A stretch of 64,000 bases of DNA from Chiloscyllium plagiosum (taxonomy: Eukaryota). Positions 37,670 through 50,159 of this stretch are shown here, piece by piece. The position numbers and the translations under genes were made by a program. The notes under the pieces are model-generated. The model saw only the letters and a list, made by a program, of their open reading frames with translations, was not told where the DNA came from and did no database searches. The DNA lies in assembly GCF_004010195.1 (NCBI RefSeq), contig NC_057718.1:69960730-70024729 (forward strand), read 5' to 3'. Every line of letters starts with the position of its first letter. The first letter of the stretch is position 1.

Positions 37670-38005
37670 GGGTGGCACAGTGGCACAGTGGGTGGCATGG
37701 TGGCACAGTGGTTAGCTGCCTCACAGCGCCAGAGACCCGGGTTCAATTCCCGACTCAGGCGACTGACTGTGTGGAGTTTGCACATTCTCCCCGTGTCTGC
37801 GTGGGTTTCCTCCGGGTGCTCCGATTTCCTCCCACAGTCCAAAGATGTGCTGGTCAGGTGAATTGGCCATGCTAAATTGCCCACAGTGTTAGGTAAAAAG
37901 GGGTACATTTAGGGGTATGGGTGGGTTGCGCTTTGGCGGGTCGGTGTGGACTTGTTGAGCCGAAGGGCCTGTTTCCACACTGTAAGTAATCTAATCTAAT
38001 CTAAA
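37670..38005 (+). mobile_element. HE1-type V-SINE with reiterated 5' end
   Basis: Repeated GGTGGCACAGTGG head, core and TCTAA tail. Confidence 0.9.
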
Positions 38006-39036
38006 GTATGAGACAGGGTGGTGGTAGCAGGTTGCTTTTCAGACTAAAAGCATGTGATCAGTGGTGTGACAGAAGGATCTGTGCTGGGTCCAATGCATTT
38101 CATCATTTTTATAAATTATTTGGATGTGAATATGGGAAGGATTGTGAGCATGTTTTCAGATCACACCAAAATTGGAGGTATAGTGGATAGTGAAGCAAGT
38201 TATCTCAGAGTACAACAGGACCTTTTTCAGATGGGCCAATGGACCGAGGAGTGGCAGATGGAGTTTAATTTAGCTAAATATGAGGCGTTACAATTTGGTA
38301 AGCAAACTAGGGCAGAACTAATGATAGGGCCCTGGGGAGTGCTGCCAAACAGAGACCTGTGGGTGCAGATGCACAGTTTCTTGAAAGTGGAGTCACAGGT
38401 AGACAGGGTGGTGAACAGCCATTTGGTACGCTTGCCTTCATTGGCCAGTGCATTGAGTAAAGTAGTTGGGATGTCATGTTGTGGCTGTATAGAACATTAG
38501 TGAGGTCACCTTTAGAATACCATATTCAACTCTACTCTCCCTGCTTTCATAAAGATTTTGTTAAACTTTTATGGCATTCAGCAAAGATTTGCAACCGTCT
38601 TGCTGGGATTGTAGTAGTTGAGCCATAGGGAGAGGCTAAATAGGCCGGGGCCTTTTTTCTTGGAGGTTCAGAAGCTGAGTGGTGACCTTCTAAAATCATG
38701 ACGGGCATGGATGGGGTGAATAGCCAAGGTCTTTTTTCTGGGGTAGGGTTGTCCAAAACTAGAGGCCATAGGCTTAATGTGAGTGGGGAAGGATTTAAAA
38801 GGGACCGGAGAGGCACATTTTTCACACAGAGGATAATGTGTCAGTGGAATGAGCTGCCAAAGGAGCTGGTGGAGGCAGGTACAATTACAACATTTAAAAG
38901 ACAACTGGATGGATACATGAATAGGAAGGGTTTAGAGGGATATGGGCCAAATGCTGGCAAATATTACTGGATCAGTTTAGAATAGCTGGTCATCATGAAT
39001 GAGTTGGGCCAGAGTCTTTATAACTATGATTCTATG

Positions 39037-39810
39037 AAGTTAAAAATCACACAACACCAGGTTATAGTCCAAAAAGTTTAACTGGAAGCACACTAGCTTT
39101 CGGAGCAACGGTCCTTCATCAGGTAATAGTGGGACACAGGTACACACAGACGTGCACACAGACACCCACACACACCCTTATAGACACACACACTCCCNNN
39201 NNNNNNNNNNNNNNNNNNNNNNNNNACCCCTACCCCAGACAGACACACACACACAGACAGACAAAGACCCACATGCACACATATATTTTGTGTGGTGAAT
39301 TTGTACTTGCAGAGTTACATCACACTTTGCTCAAAAACTGCATATATTCATGTAGAACTCTGAGCTCAAAAACTGCATGAATTTATGTAAAACTCGGTTA
39401 TCTCACTTTTGGATTAGGATCAATCTAAACATCAGGTCATAGACAGAGAACACGGGGGCTAACACTTTCAACATATTGTCTAGCTATCACCATTGTTAAC
39501 AGCTAACCCGAGAATGCAACTTTAAAAAAAAAGGGTTTTGTGATTTACACATGAAAGAAATGAAACTATCACTGTATTCTAACAGATGAAAGGCTTAACA
39601 GACAATCAATTCTTCAATGTATAATTTCAGTTACATCACACTGCAAATTTTTGCTATAAATTCTGTGTTACGATCGAGCCCTCCTCAATCACCTGATGAA
39701 GGAGCGTCACTCCGAAAGCTAGTGTGCTTCCAATTAAACCTGTTGGACTATAACCTGGTGTTGTGTGATTTTTAACTTTGTACACCCCAGTCCAACACCG
39801 GCATCTTCGA
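39037..39810. mobile_element. PLE family-B 3' end with inverted partial terminal repeat (gap at 39198-39225)
   Basis: Minus-oriented copy at 39037-39125 and plus-oriented tail to 39810. Each carries a hammerhead motif. Confidence 0.85.
39690..39724 (+). ncRNA. Minimal type-I hammerhead ribozyme motif (family B), intact
   Basis: CAC-CTGATGA-A-GGAG-CGTCA-CTCC-GAA-AGCT-A-GTG: stem I CAC/GTG, stem II GGAG/CTCC, palindromic AGCU and a CUA cleavage triplet. Confidence 0.8.
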
Positions 39811-39939
39811 ATTATGATTCTATGACTATTGTGCTGAACTAGAGACATGTATATCATTGCTATCATATTAACAGTGTGATGAAAGATGTGATTTGTTTTA
39901 CAACTTTGGATCTTAAATATCATGATATTAACAGGTAAA

Positions 39940-40270
39940 TTCAGATTAGATAACAAATTAATTTCCACGAGTTCGAGATTCTAGAAATGGGGGGCAGAGT
40001 CTAAAAATAGGGCCAGACTTTTCAGAAGAGAGGTTAGAAAGCATTTCTACACACAAAGGGTGATAGGGGTTTGAATATCTTCCATAAATGGCAGATGCTA
40101 GATTAGTTGTTAATTTTGAATGTGAAATAGGTAGAATTTTTTTAAGCAAAGGTATTAAGAGATAACTGCCAAAGGAAGGTATATAGAGTTAGGCCAAGGA
40201 TCAGACAGGATCTTCTCAATAAATGGAGGAACAGGCTAGAGGGGTTAACTAGTCTACTCCTGTTCCTATG
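39940..40270 (+). mobile_element. CR1 LINE 3' end (another subfamily)
   Basis: TRNGGQSLK-like ORF2 C-terminus. Tail TACTCCTGTTCCTATG. Confidence 0.7.
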
Positions 40271-41091
40271 GTCCCATTCTCTTTGGGTATTGGTCTAGTT
40301 TTAAGAAGGGGTTCAAAAGTTACTTTGGTCAATCTTTCTAAAACCATGATTTTAAACCAGTTTGTGCCTTCAAGAGTGCTCATGAAAGTTTATTTATATG
40401 TAGAGGATTATGACACAAAAGAGAAAATATTGAAAGACATTAACTTTCTTTTCAGTATAGAATAATCAGGAATTGATTTTAGTTGAGAAAAACAGAGGTT
40501 GGAAAGCTTTTGTGCAATTCAAAGCAGACCTAACTGAGTTAGGTGCAAGTATATTTTATCCCAAAAACAAGAGATTGTTCAGAGCAATTAGGAAAATAAG
40601 TTGCTTCAGTGAAAAAGTTTACTTTATGAAATATCCAGACCAGTACTGTTGATTAGAAATTTATATTGGTTATTCAAAGCAGAGAATGTTTATGATCTCA
40701 GTTTCATGTGATCAAAGGAGAAGGCATCAGAGCTCATATGACCCAAACAGAGATGAAACGGTTGAGTCAAACCTAATATTTGGTCAGGAAGGACTTTCTC
40801 TGAATTTTTGTGTAACTGAAAAGTGCTGGCACTGGGGAATAGATGGGATTTTGTTTCACTGTGTATTTTGAAATCTTTCCAGAAGTTTTATATGTAGATC
40901 ACTTTGTTTTATTTTATTTTTAACCTTCTGTTGTATAGTAAACTTCTGTTTTACTATCTGTTTATAACCTGTAGCCTTATGTTTCAGTGAAAGACAGCCT
41001 TAATTGAAAAAAACCAGGATGATGAACTTTCAAGCCAGATTTCATTCTGGGGTCTAACTTGTCAATAGTAACATTAGCTGGGATCATTACA
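40271..41091 (+). mobile_element. Probable LTR remnant
   Basis: Ends GGGATCATTACA and has LTR-like composition. The 5' boundary is unclear. Confidence 0.4.
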
Positions 41092-41330
41092 CCAGCATGG
41101 TGCATTTTATTTTATGAACTAAAAAAGATATTGGCAGTAGATGTTATTTGTTTATTCACTCATTTATTGACCCAAAAAATGATTCAAAGTACTAGACTGG
41201 ATACACTGGAGGAAACTTAGCTTTCATCACCCATCCAAACACAGCCAGTGAATTTGTATAAAGAAGGAACAGTAAGCAATTAATTAGTTGTTTCTCAACA
41301 TTTTTACTTATTGATCTTAGTGTTGATTCT

Positions 41331-41452
41331 GTGGTAGGATTCTCACCTCTAGGCTAGCAGTTGTGGGTTCAAGTTCTATTTCAAAGACTTGAGCCCATAA
41401 TCCAAGAAAGCTATATTAGCAGACATGGTCTTTCAGATGTAGCACTAAAAGG
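41331..41452 (+). mobile_element. Old tRNA-derived SINE relic, SacSINE1/Deu-domain-like
   Basis: CTCACCTCTAGG...GTTGTGGGTTCAAGT...AGACTTGAGCCCATAATCCA...GTCTTTCAGATG resembles my recollection of the SacSINE1 head and Deu-domain core. Confidence 0.55.
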
Positions 41453-41479
41453 CAATGCAAGTGAATTTGTGAATACTCA

Positions 41480-41800
41480 CAGAACTGTAGTATCTCTATC
41501 GTGCAGATAGAGACCATGGTGTCTGCACCAACTCTCCAAATAGCATCCGACCCAGACTCATCCCCCCTCACCCTATTCCTGTAACCCCACATTTACCATG
41601 GCTAATCCATCTAGCCTGTACATCACAGGACAATTTAGCATGACCAATCCACCTAACTTGCACATCATTGAACAATGGAAGGAAAATGAGCACCTGGTCA
41701 GAAATCCACGCAGACCCAGAGAGAACATGCAAATTCCACATAGATATTCACACAAAGCTGGAATTGAATTCAAATCCCTGGCTAACCAGTGTGCCACCAT
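41480..41800 (-). mobile_element. HE1-related SINE (older subfamily)
   Basis: Reverse-complement homolog of the 12260-12920 SINE body. Confidence 0.75.
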
Positions 41801-42819
41801 ACCACTTTTAAATGCTTAAATGTTACACGAGCTTACCTTAAATCTACATCCCCTTGGTTATTAAGTCCTCTACAAATGGAAAAAAATGCTTTCCTATACA
41901 CTCTATTCAAATAAAATAATATGATGCAATGATGATATCATGAACACATCTCTTGAAGTTATTTGACTTCTGGGTCATGACACAAGCAAGGCTGGATGTA
42001 TTTCCAATCCCCAATTAGTCTGAAGAAATTATTAGTTAGTCACACAGGGGAGAATTTTGTGGAGGATTTTGTTTAATCACAGAGGAGCCAGAACAGATAG
42101 CTGGTTAGGTTGCATTCTTTGAAGGACAACAGTGAGCCAGATGCATTTTTGACTAGTATGACAGGTGTAAAAGCAATTTAGTGATGCTTACTGCAATTCA
42201 ATTTAATGTTCCAGACCATTGCAAACCATAACCAGCATTTTAAACGCCTTTGCAAAGCTGGTAATTAAACATGTTGTTGTTTTTCCATATTACAGCATCA
42301 CTCTAATTGAGATAATAAAGGCCGTTCATCATAATTACCTTGTGCAATTGATTACAGAATATGCATGGCATGGTCTCGAAAGCATTTACACAAGTTTGAG
42401 GGTATAAGGCACAGAACACAGCAGCGATACCACAGCCATTTCCTGCCACAGAATTAAATCCACGTGATCTAACACGTGTTTCAATAGTCAAAAACATGAC
42501 CAAGAAGATAATCAGTGAAAATGATGAGGAAAGCTATTCTCACCACAACAGGAAATGTAAATGGAGACTTGCAAAGGAGAGCTAATCATGCAAGCCATAT
42601 CAATATGAATATAAGTAAACAAGATGACAATTTAGGTCCAATGAACCACAATTGCAATTCCTATTCCTTTTGTATTTTTACTGTTAAAAGGTTGTACAGT
42701 TTTAATGCTGTTAAATTTATCTTATTCGATATAGGGGATACAATTCTAGGTGAAGTGAGGGAGTAGGATGCCAGGTGATAAGGTTCTAGGTTGCTATATG
42801 GCTGGGGCTATAGTGCTAC

Positions 42820-43150
42820 ATAAGACCATAAGACAAAGGAGCAGTAATTAGGCCATTCAGCCCATCAAGTCTGTTCCTCCAATCAATCATGGCTGATAGG
42901 TTTTTCAACATCATTTTCCTGCTTTCACCCCATAAACTTTGACCCCCATGGCACTGAAGAACTTATCGATCTTGGTTTTAAAAATACTCAATGATCTAGC
43001 CTCCAAAGCCTTGTGTGGCAATGAGTTCCACAGACTCACCACTCTCTGGCCAAAGAGGTTTCTCCGTATCTCCATTCTAAAAAGTCTTCCTTTTATTCTA
43101 AGGCTGTACCCTCAGATTCTCAACTCTCCTGCCAATGGAAACATCTTTCT
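42820..43150 (-). mobile_element. CR1 LINE 3' end
   Basis: CATAAGACCATAAGAC tail repeat and CR1 3' UTR/C-terminus. Confidence 0.8.
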
Positions 43151-44322
43151 GGATTAGTGGTGCTGGAAGAGCACAGCAGTTCAGGCAGCATCCAAGGAGC
43201 TTTGAAATCGACGTTTCAGGCAAAAGCCCTTCACCAGGAATAAAGGCAGTGAGCCTGATGCGTGGAGAGAAAGAGGAGAGTGGGGGTGGAGAGAAAGTAG
43301 CATAGAGTACAATGGGTGAGTGGGGGAGGGGATGAAGGTGGAGGTGAAGGTCCAGGTAAATTTAAGGTCAGGGAGGAGCGGGTGGAGTGGATAGGTGGAA
43401 AAGGAGCTCGGCAGGTAGGACAAGTCCGGACAAGTCATGGGGACGTGCTGAGCTTGGAAGTTTGGAACTAGGGTGGTGGGGAGGGAAATATATCCCTGGT
43501 GGTGGGGTCTGTTTGGAGGCGGAGAGGGGTGGGGAGGGAAATATATCCCTGGTGGTGGGGTCTGTTTGGAGGCGGAGAGGGGTGGGGAGGGAAATATATC
43601 CCTGGTGGTGGGGTCTGTTTGGAGGCGGAGAGGGGTGGGGAGGGAAATATATCCCTGGTGGTGGGGTCTGTTTGGAGGCGGAGAGGGGTGGGGAGGGAAA
43701 TATATCCCTGGTGGTGGGGTCTGTTTGGAGGCGGAGAGGGGTGGGGAGGGAAATATATCCCTGGTGGTGGGGTCTGTTTGGAGGTGGCGGAAATGTCGGC
43801 GGATGATTTGGTTTATGCGGAGGTTGGTAGGGTGGAAGGTGGGCACCAGGGGCGTTCTGTCCTTGTTGCGGTTGGTGGGGTTGGGTCTGAGGGCGGAGGT
43901 GCGGGATGTGGATGAGATGCGTTGGAGGGCATCTTTAACCACGTGGGAAGGGAAATTGCGGTCTCTAAAGAAGGAGGCCATCTGGTGTGTTTTGTGGTGG
44001 AACTGGTCCTCCTGGCAGCAGATATGGCGGAGGTGGAGGAATTGGGAATACGGGATGGCATTTTTGCAAGAGGTAGGGTGGGAAGAGGTGTAATCCAGGT
44101 AGCTGCGGGAGTCAATGGGTTTGTAAAAAAAAATGTCAGTGCCAAGTTGGTTGTCATTAATGGAGATGGAGAGGTCCAGGAAGGGGAGGGAGGTGTCAGA
44201 GATGGTCCAGGTAAATTTAAGGTCAGGGTGGAATGTGTTGGTGAAGTTGATGAATTGCTTAACCTCCTCGCGGGAGCACGAGGTGGCGTCAATGCAGTCA
44301 TCAATGTAGCGGAGGAAGAGGT
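43150..44322 (-). mobile_element. Penelope-like element fragment (RT C-terminus to 3' end) lacking GIY-YIG, with internal tandem array
   Basis: YIDD-type RT region near 44300, MASFFRDRNFP..RTPLVPTFHP..RHFRHLQTDP, and a hammerhead remnant CTGGTGAAGGGCTTTTGCCTGAAACGTC at ~43207-43238. Confidence 0.88.
43476..43783. repeat. 53-bp perfect tandem repeat, about 5.8 copies, G-rich
   Basis: GAGGGAAATATATCCC recurs at 43481, 43534, 43587, 43640, 43693 and 43746. Confidence 0.95.
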
Positions 44323-44941
44323 GCCAATGCTCACTTTACATTTAGGACACATTGGAGATGCTCCCACTTTAAATTTAGCGAGGTGGTCCAGGGCCAGATA
44401 GACTCTGAGGAGAATCTTCAATTGCAAGATGTAGGTCTTGTTGCAAATCGAGATCCGTCTTGCATTTCCCAGACATCCATCATTATTTCAGAAGAAATCT
44501 CAATGTCCAGCTCACTATCTCATACCTTACGGAGCTGTTCGGTCTCGTTTGAGGAACCCTCTCCCAAAGATAATAAGTGTTACTCACAGATAATGTACCC
44601 TCAGCACTCAATACCTGCTTCTCCATGTTGGACCTATGAGGATCAGTTTGAAGTGTGATCTCTTTTTGTATGAAGTTTCTAACCTGAAAGAGGTCCCTAC
44701 TGGGCAATTCATATTTCTGAGCCAACTTGTCAAAAGGCATCAGTATGTCCCCTTTGAATAAATCACCCAGGCAAGACATGCCCCTAGCTGCTCATAGTTT
44801 AAACCCAGAGTCCATCATCCCTGGCTGAAAGCATAGCATACCAACTATGGGTGTCAAAAATGATGTTTTGGCAATATTGCCCGCATGTTGATGCATTGCC
44901 CTCCATGCCTTGACAGTATTGACAACTATTGGGTTATGGCA

Positions 44942-45232
44942 ATAGATTGGATTACTTACACTTTGGAAACAGGCCCTTTAGCCCAACAAATCCACACCAA
45001 CCCTCCAAAGAACAACCCACCCAAACCCATTCCCCTACATCTAACACTACGGGCAATTTATCATGGCCAATTCACCTAACCTGCACATCTTTGGACTGAG
45101 AGAGGAAACCAGAGCAAACCCACACAGACAAAGGGAGAATGTGCAAACTCCACACAGACGGTTGCCCGAGGCAGGAATTGAACCTGGGTCTCTGGTGCTG
45201 TGAGGCAGCAGTGCTAACCACTGTGCCACCCC
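44942..45232 (-). mobile_element. HE1-type V-SINE
   Basis: Head, core and tail, inserted in L1. Confidence 0.88.
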
Positions 45233-45637
45233 ATGTTCTCATATTGTCTAAGAGCAGCAGGCTAACCAGGGGGCATCTCACCTGCGATGCTTCGATGTCC
45301 AACCAAAGTGAGTGAGAATCCCACTGGGACCAATCATTCAAGTAAGAAAGCAATGAGCTTAACTGATAGTTTTTGGTATCGGAGAGGCCCACTCCTCCCA
45401 GTCTGTAAGGTAAGTGCAGTTTAGTCAATTTAATTAGGGGCCGCTTGAGATACCAGATAAAAAGAACTAAACCAGCCAGTCTTTTAAATATTTACTTAGT
45501 AGAAAGCAGAGGAAGCATTCGCATAGGATACAACAGACGGGGCAGAATGGTCATTTTTATGAGGACTATCCGATCTAACCAAGAGATTGGAAGTACTTCC
45601 TAACTACAAAGGTCCTGCTAGATTCAGTCGAAAAAAT

Positions 45638-45935
45638 GGGCGGCATGGTGGCTCAGTGGTTAACACTGCTGCCTCACAGCGCCAGAGACCGGGTTCAATT
45701 CCTGCTTCAGGCAACTGTCTGTGTAGAGTTTGCACATTCTCTCTGTGTTTGCGTGGGTTTCCTCCCACAGTCCAAAAGTGTGCAGGTTAGGTGAATTGGC
45801 CATGCTAAATTGCCTGTAGTGTTAGGTGAAGGGGTAAATGTAGGGGAATGGGTCTGGGTGGGTTGCTCTTCAGAGGGTCGGTGTGGACTTGTTGTCTTAA
45901 GGGCTTGTTTCCATATTGTAAGTAATCTAATCTAA
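45638..45935 (+). mobile_element. HE1-type V-SINE
   Basis: Head, core and TCTAA tail, inserted in L1. Confidence 0.9.
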
Positions 45936-47461
45936 AGTGAGCAAAATTGGCTTTGAATAGCCAATCAAAAATGGGAGTAATAAATATATCTAAGTAGAGA
46001 AAGTCCTCTTGCAACTAAAAGGGGAACCGAGACTCCCCCCTCAGGATCAGGCACTCGTGGGAGACCACCTGACTTCGCAAAATTGATATTTTGTGGTTTG
46101 TCAGGTTATAATAAGTTGATGCATTGTATCAGGTGTGGCACTGAGACTGTTGGGTTTGATAAGAGACATGAACATCATCTGCACAGAATACAAATCTTAT
46201 GTGACTTTGTCCCCACTTCTGAAGCAGTGGGATCCTTGTGTATTGCCTCTGCAGCAGTTCAATCACCAATGTGAAAAGCAATGGTGACAAAGGACAGCCT
46301 TGTCGACTGCTCCTACAAATATTAAAATTACTTGATCGTACACCATTGCTGAGGTCCACAGCAAGAGCATCACTATACAAAACCTGCACCCACCTGATGA
46401 AAGTCTCTCCCAGGCCAAACAGCTTCAAAGTATGAACACGATATGGCCACTTAACCGATCAACTGCCTTTTCCAAATCTAAGGAGATTGCTAATCCTTGT
46501 ATCAATTGCTGTTGACATACTTGGATCATGTTAAGTAATGTCCTGACATTATCCGTCGATCTGCGACCTTTTATGAACTCTGTCTGATCCTCCTTAATGA
46601 TGGAGGGCAGTACAGTTTCTAGCTTTAATGGCAGAGTCTTGCATAGAATTTTGAAGTTGACTTTCAGGAGTCATAGTCTTCCTAAGGCCTTCCTTTTTTT
46701 AAAAAAAGCATGAGAGAGATGTTTGCCTCTCTTAGAAAGAGTGGGAGGACATCACGACTATGCGCGTCATTAAACATACTAAGCATTGGCCCTGCCAATA
46801 TACTTATAAATTCCTCATGGAACTCACTGAGGAGTCCTTCAGAACCTGGCGTTTTACCATTCTGGAGCTGCCTCACAGCCTTCTGCACCTCTTGCTCTGA
46901 CAACAGCGCATTGAGGAGAAACTCTTGTTCAGGGGTCATTCGCGGAAGTCCCAAATTCTTGAAAAAGGACTAACCCACCCACTCTGAGCTTTCAGATTGG
47001 TATAATTCAGAGTAAATTTTCCAGAATGCTGCATTAATCCTTTTAGAATTGTAAGTCAAATTTCCAGTGTCCTCTCTGATTGAGGTAATGGCTTAGGTGC
47101 TTGCCCAGCTTAACCCCATGCTCAAACAAACAGTCTTTGACTTGCAAATGTAAGCTCCCTCTTTGCTGTCCGTGTGAGTATGGAGTTCAGCATAAACTTG
47201 AGCATCGTGATCCTCTGCGGTTTAACCAGCGAGGTCCTGTCAAAGTATGCCTTTTCACCTACTTTCAGACGCGTCTCAAGCAAGCATTGTTGATCACCCA
47301 TTTGTTTCTTACTGGCTGAATAGGGGATAACCAAACCCCTAGCATAGGCTTTAACTGTTTTACAAAGAATAGATGGGCTACTGGCCAGGCCTGAATTAAT
47401 ACCAGAGAAATCCCTGACCTTAGTACAAAAGAATTCTTAAGGATTGCTATCCTTAAGGATT

Positions 47462-47780
47462 TTAGATTAGATTCCCTACAGTATGGAACAGACCCTTTGG
47501 CCCAACAATTCCACACCGACCCTCCAAAGAGCAACCCACCCAGATCCGTTCCCTTATATTTTCCCCTGATTCATGTACCTAACACTATTGGCCATGCTAA
47601 ATTGCCCATTCACCTGACCTGCACATCTTTGGGTTGTGGGAGGAAACCAGAGCACCTAGAGGAAACCCACACAGACAATGAGAATGTGCAAACTCCATGG
47701 AATCGCCAGAGGCAAGAATCAAACCTGGGTCCCTGGCACTGTGAGGCAGCATTGCTAACCACTGAGCCACTGTGCCACCC
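47462..47780 (-). mobile_element. HE1-type V-SINE
   Basis: Head, core and tail, inserted in L1. Confidence 0.88.
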
Positions 47781-50159
47781 CAAATGAAGGGGTCCAGTCA
47801 CCAGTGCTTCAAACCTACCACTGTACCCTCACTCTTAACCATTAAATACACTGGGGCGTGATTGGAAATAGTGGCATTACCAGTCAGACATGACACCACT
47901 GAGCCCAAATATGCTGCAGGGATCAGAAAAAGATCAATCCTGGTATGGTACTTATGTGGCTTCAAAAAAACATGAAGTCTCTGCCAGTACGGTGAAAGTG
48001 CCTCCAAACATCTACCAACCCCAATTCAGCACACAAATCCCTTAAATTGTTTAGATTGCAAAGATGATATGGGCAGGCCTTTGGGCAATATGTTCACCGT
48101 AGGTTCTGTAAGGAAACTGAAATCCCCTCCTATGAGGATATGTTGAGATGCAAGGTTAACCAGCCTAGAAAGTGCATTTGTCAAGAATTTAAGGGGGTGG
48201 GCCAGGGGCAGTAAACATTTAAGATCCCACATTCTTCACGATGTATTAAAGCTTCAAAGATTGCAAATCTTTTGTGTGTGTATTTAATACACTTTAATTA
48301 CTTAAATGGGAGATTCTTCCTAACTAAAATGGCCACCCTTCTACTCCTCGTACTGAAAAATGAAAAATAAACCTGGTCATACCCATTCTGTTGCAACTTC
48401 AAATGCGCTGCATGATCCAAGTGTGTCTCTTGTAATAAGGTAACATCTACCCTCTCCCTTTTATGGCTGGAAAGTACCTTCTTCCTCTTGACAGGTGAGT
48501 GACTTCCATTAATACTCCAGGTGCACCATTTAAAAACATCCTTAGCGATAACCTTCCACAGCATCATCTAGACTCCAGAGAGCAGGAATCGAAACTAAAG
48601 ATTGCTGAGCTTTAATGCAAAAGAATCCACAAAACCCAAAAATTACACAGACTAAAATAACTACAGACTAAAATCTACAAAAAAAATGTATAAAAACTAT
48701 AGACAGTAGACAACAAAAACAGAAGAAAAACAAAATTCACCAAAGGCACTGATTGGAGCAATTTATTCCTCATTTGAAGGGGGTACCTACACATCCTACA
48801 AACCATCCCAACCACCCTCTCAACTCCTACCAGCTAGGGTCACACCACATACACTGACCACCTGATAGAGAAAAAAACACAAGAGCAAGGTTAGTGTTAT
48901 AGACAAGTAAACTAAAACTAAATATGTCAACATAACTTCAAAATTAAAAATAAATACTCTCTCCATCCCAGACATCATTTGACTCAACTTATTACCAAAA
49001 AGGAGACTCCACCAAGTCCTTTTTAAAGAGGAGCAAACTCAAACAGCTCTGTCCTCTATGCCTATTTGGCTGTTCGACTTAAGTCAACATGTCCACAAAG
49101 ATTTTCACTTTCTCTGATGAGCCGAACAAATATATGGATCCATTATGATTGATCTGAAGCACTGCTGGATATCTTAAAGAATACTGGATCCCAAACTCTC
49201 TCAATCTTTTCTTGATGCCATCGTAGGACTTCTTTTTCCAGACTACTGCCACCGAGAAGTCTTGAAAGAACGTGACCATGTAGCCACCACATATCAGCAC
49301 CATCAAGTCTCTTCCTTGGGTTCTAGAGGCTTCCATGACCCTCTGCTTGTCTTTATAATGATGGCATCTTACCAGGACCAGGCATGGGTGCTAAACTGCA
49401 CCTGTTTTTTGTGTCGCAATCCAGTGGGTTCTTTCAATTGTCATCCTTCCCTTCTCAGCCACCAAAACAAGGAACTCAGGGAACCACTTCTCAAAGAATT
49501 CCACCAGCTGCTCAGCTTCCGTTCCCTCCAGTATGCTAACAACACACAAGTTCTGTCTTCTGTTTTCAAGATCATCACCCAGATCCAATAGACCATGGAC
49601 CTGTGTTTCTAGGGCTTCAATCTGGCTCTTGGAGGAGACTATCTCTGCCACTAAACTTGCAGTCCTGCACTCAAGCTCATCAGTCCTTTTTCCCAGATCT
49701 TGCAGCACACCAGATACAGAAGCCAGCTTCTTTTCAATTTTTTTTCCTGGATTGGCCTCCCCAAGACCTCAAGATTTGGTCAGTTTCTTAACCAGGGTCT
49801 GGTGAGTAAGCAAGCCCACTCTTTCAGTGGGCTGGACCGTGGCCCCAACCCCAGGCAAGATTCCTCCTTTCTGCTGCATTCTCCAGCTGCAAGGACAAAG
49901 GGAAATGATATGTTTCAAGTTTCCAGCTCATTTACTGTGTTTTTACACACATTAAAGTGTTTTGGATGGGTTCTGGATTTGTTGGGTCGATGTTGCAGCA
50001 CAGAGCCCAGCAAACGCACTCCTAACAGGACACCATCACCATGGATCCCCATTATTATTTTTTATTAATTTCACAATATTGATAGTTCGATTCACCCCAC
50101 TTCAAATTACTTCATCACAAAGGTGACACCTGCCTTCACATGGGATGAATTACTACCCA

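Larger units (their letters stand above)
36485..39036 (+). mobile_element. CR1 LINE ORF2 3' part, interrupted by a PLE fold-back insert and an HE1 SINE
   Basis: Homologous to 7540-9350. GSVLGP..FIIFIN and WQMEFN motifs. Confidence 0.9.
44323..50050 (-). mobile_element. L1-clade LINE, near full length (ORF1 + ORF2 remnants), 3' end lost, three HE1 insertions
   Basis: ORF1 fragments DLENRRQNL and FGIQYSLRYPA (49079-49708). ORF2 fragments WSINGS..LQETH, RQGCPLSPLLF, CADD and CPKC. Paralogous to 27844-32615. Confidence 0.92.

Noticed and set aside
43476..43783. CRISPR-like regular repeat
   Set aside because: The units are contiguous and identical with no unique spacers, and the context is eukaryotic.
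43181..44093. Long overlapping ORFs (266, 206, 139 and 138 aa) with repeated peptides
   Set aside because: They arise from the stop-free 53-bp tandem array within a PLE and are not host genes.
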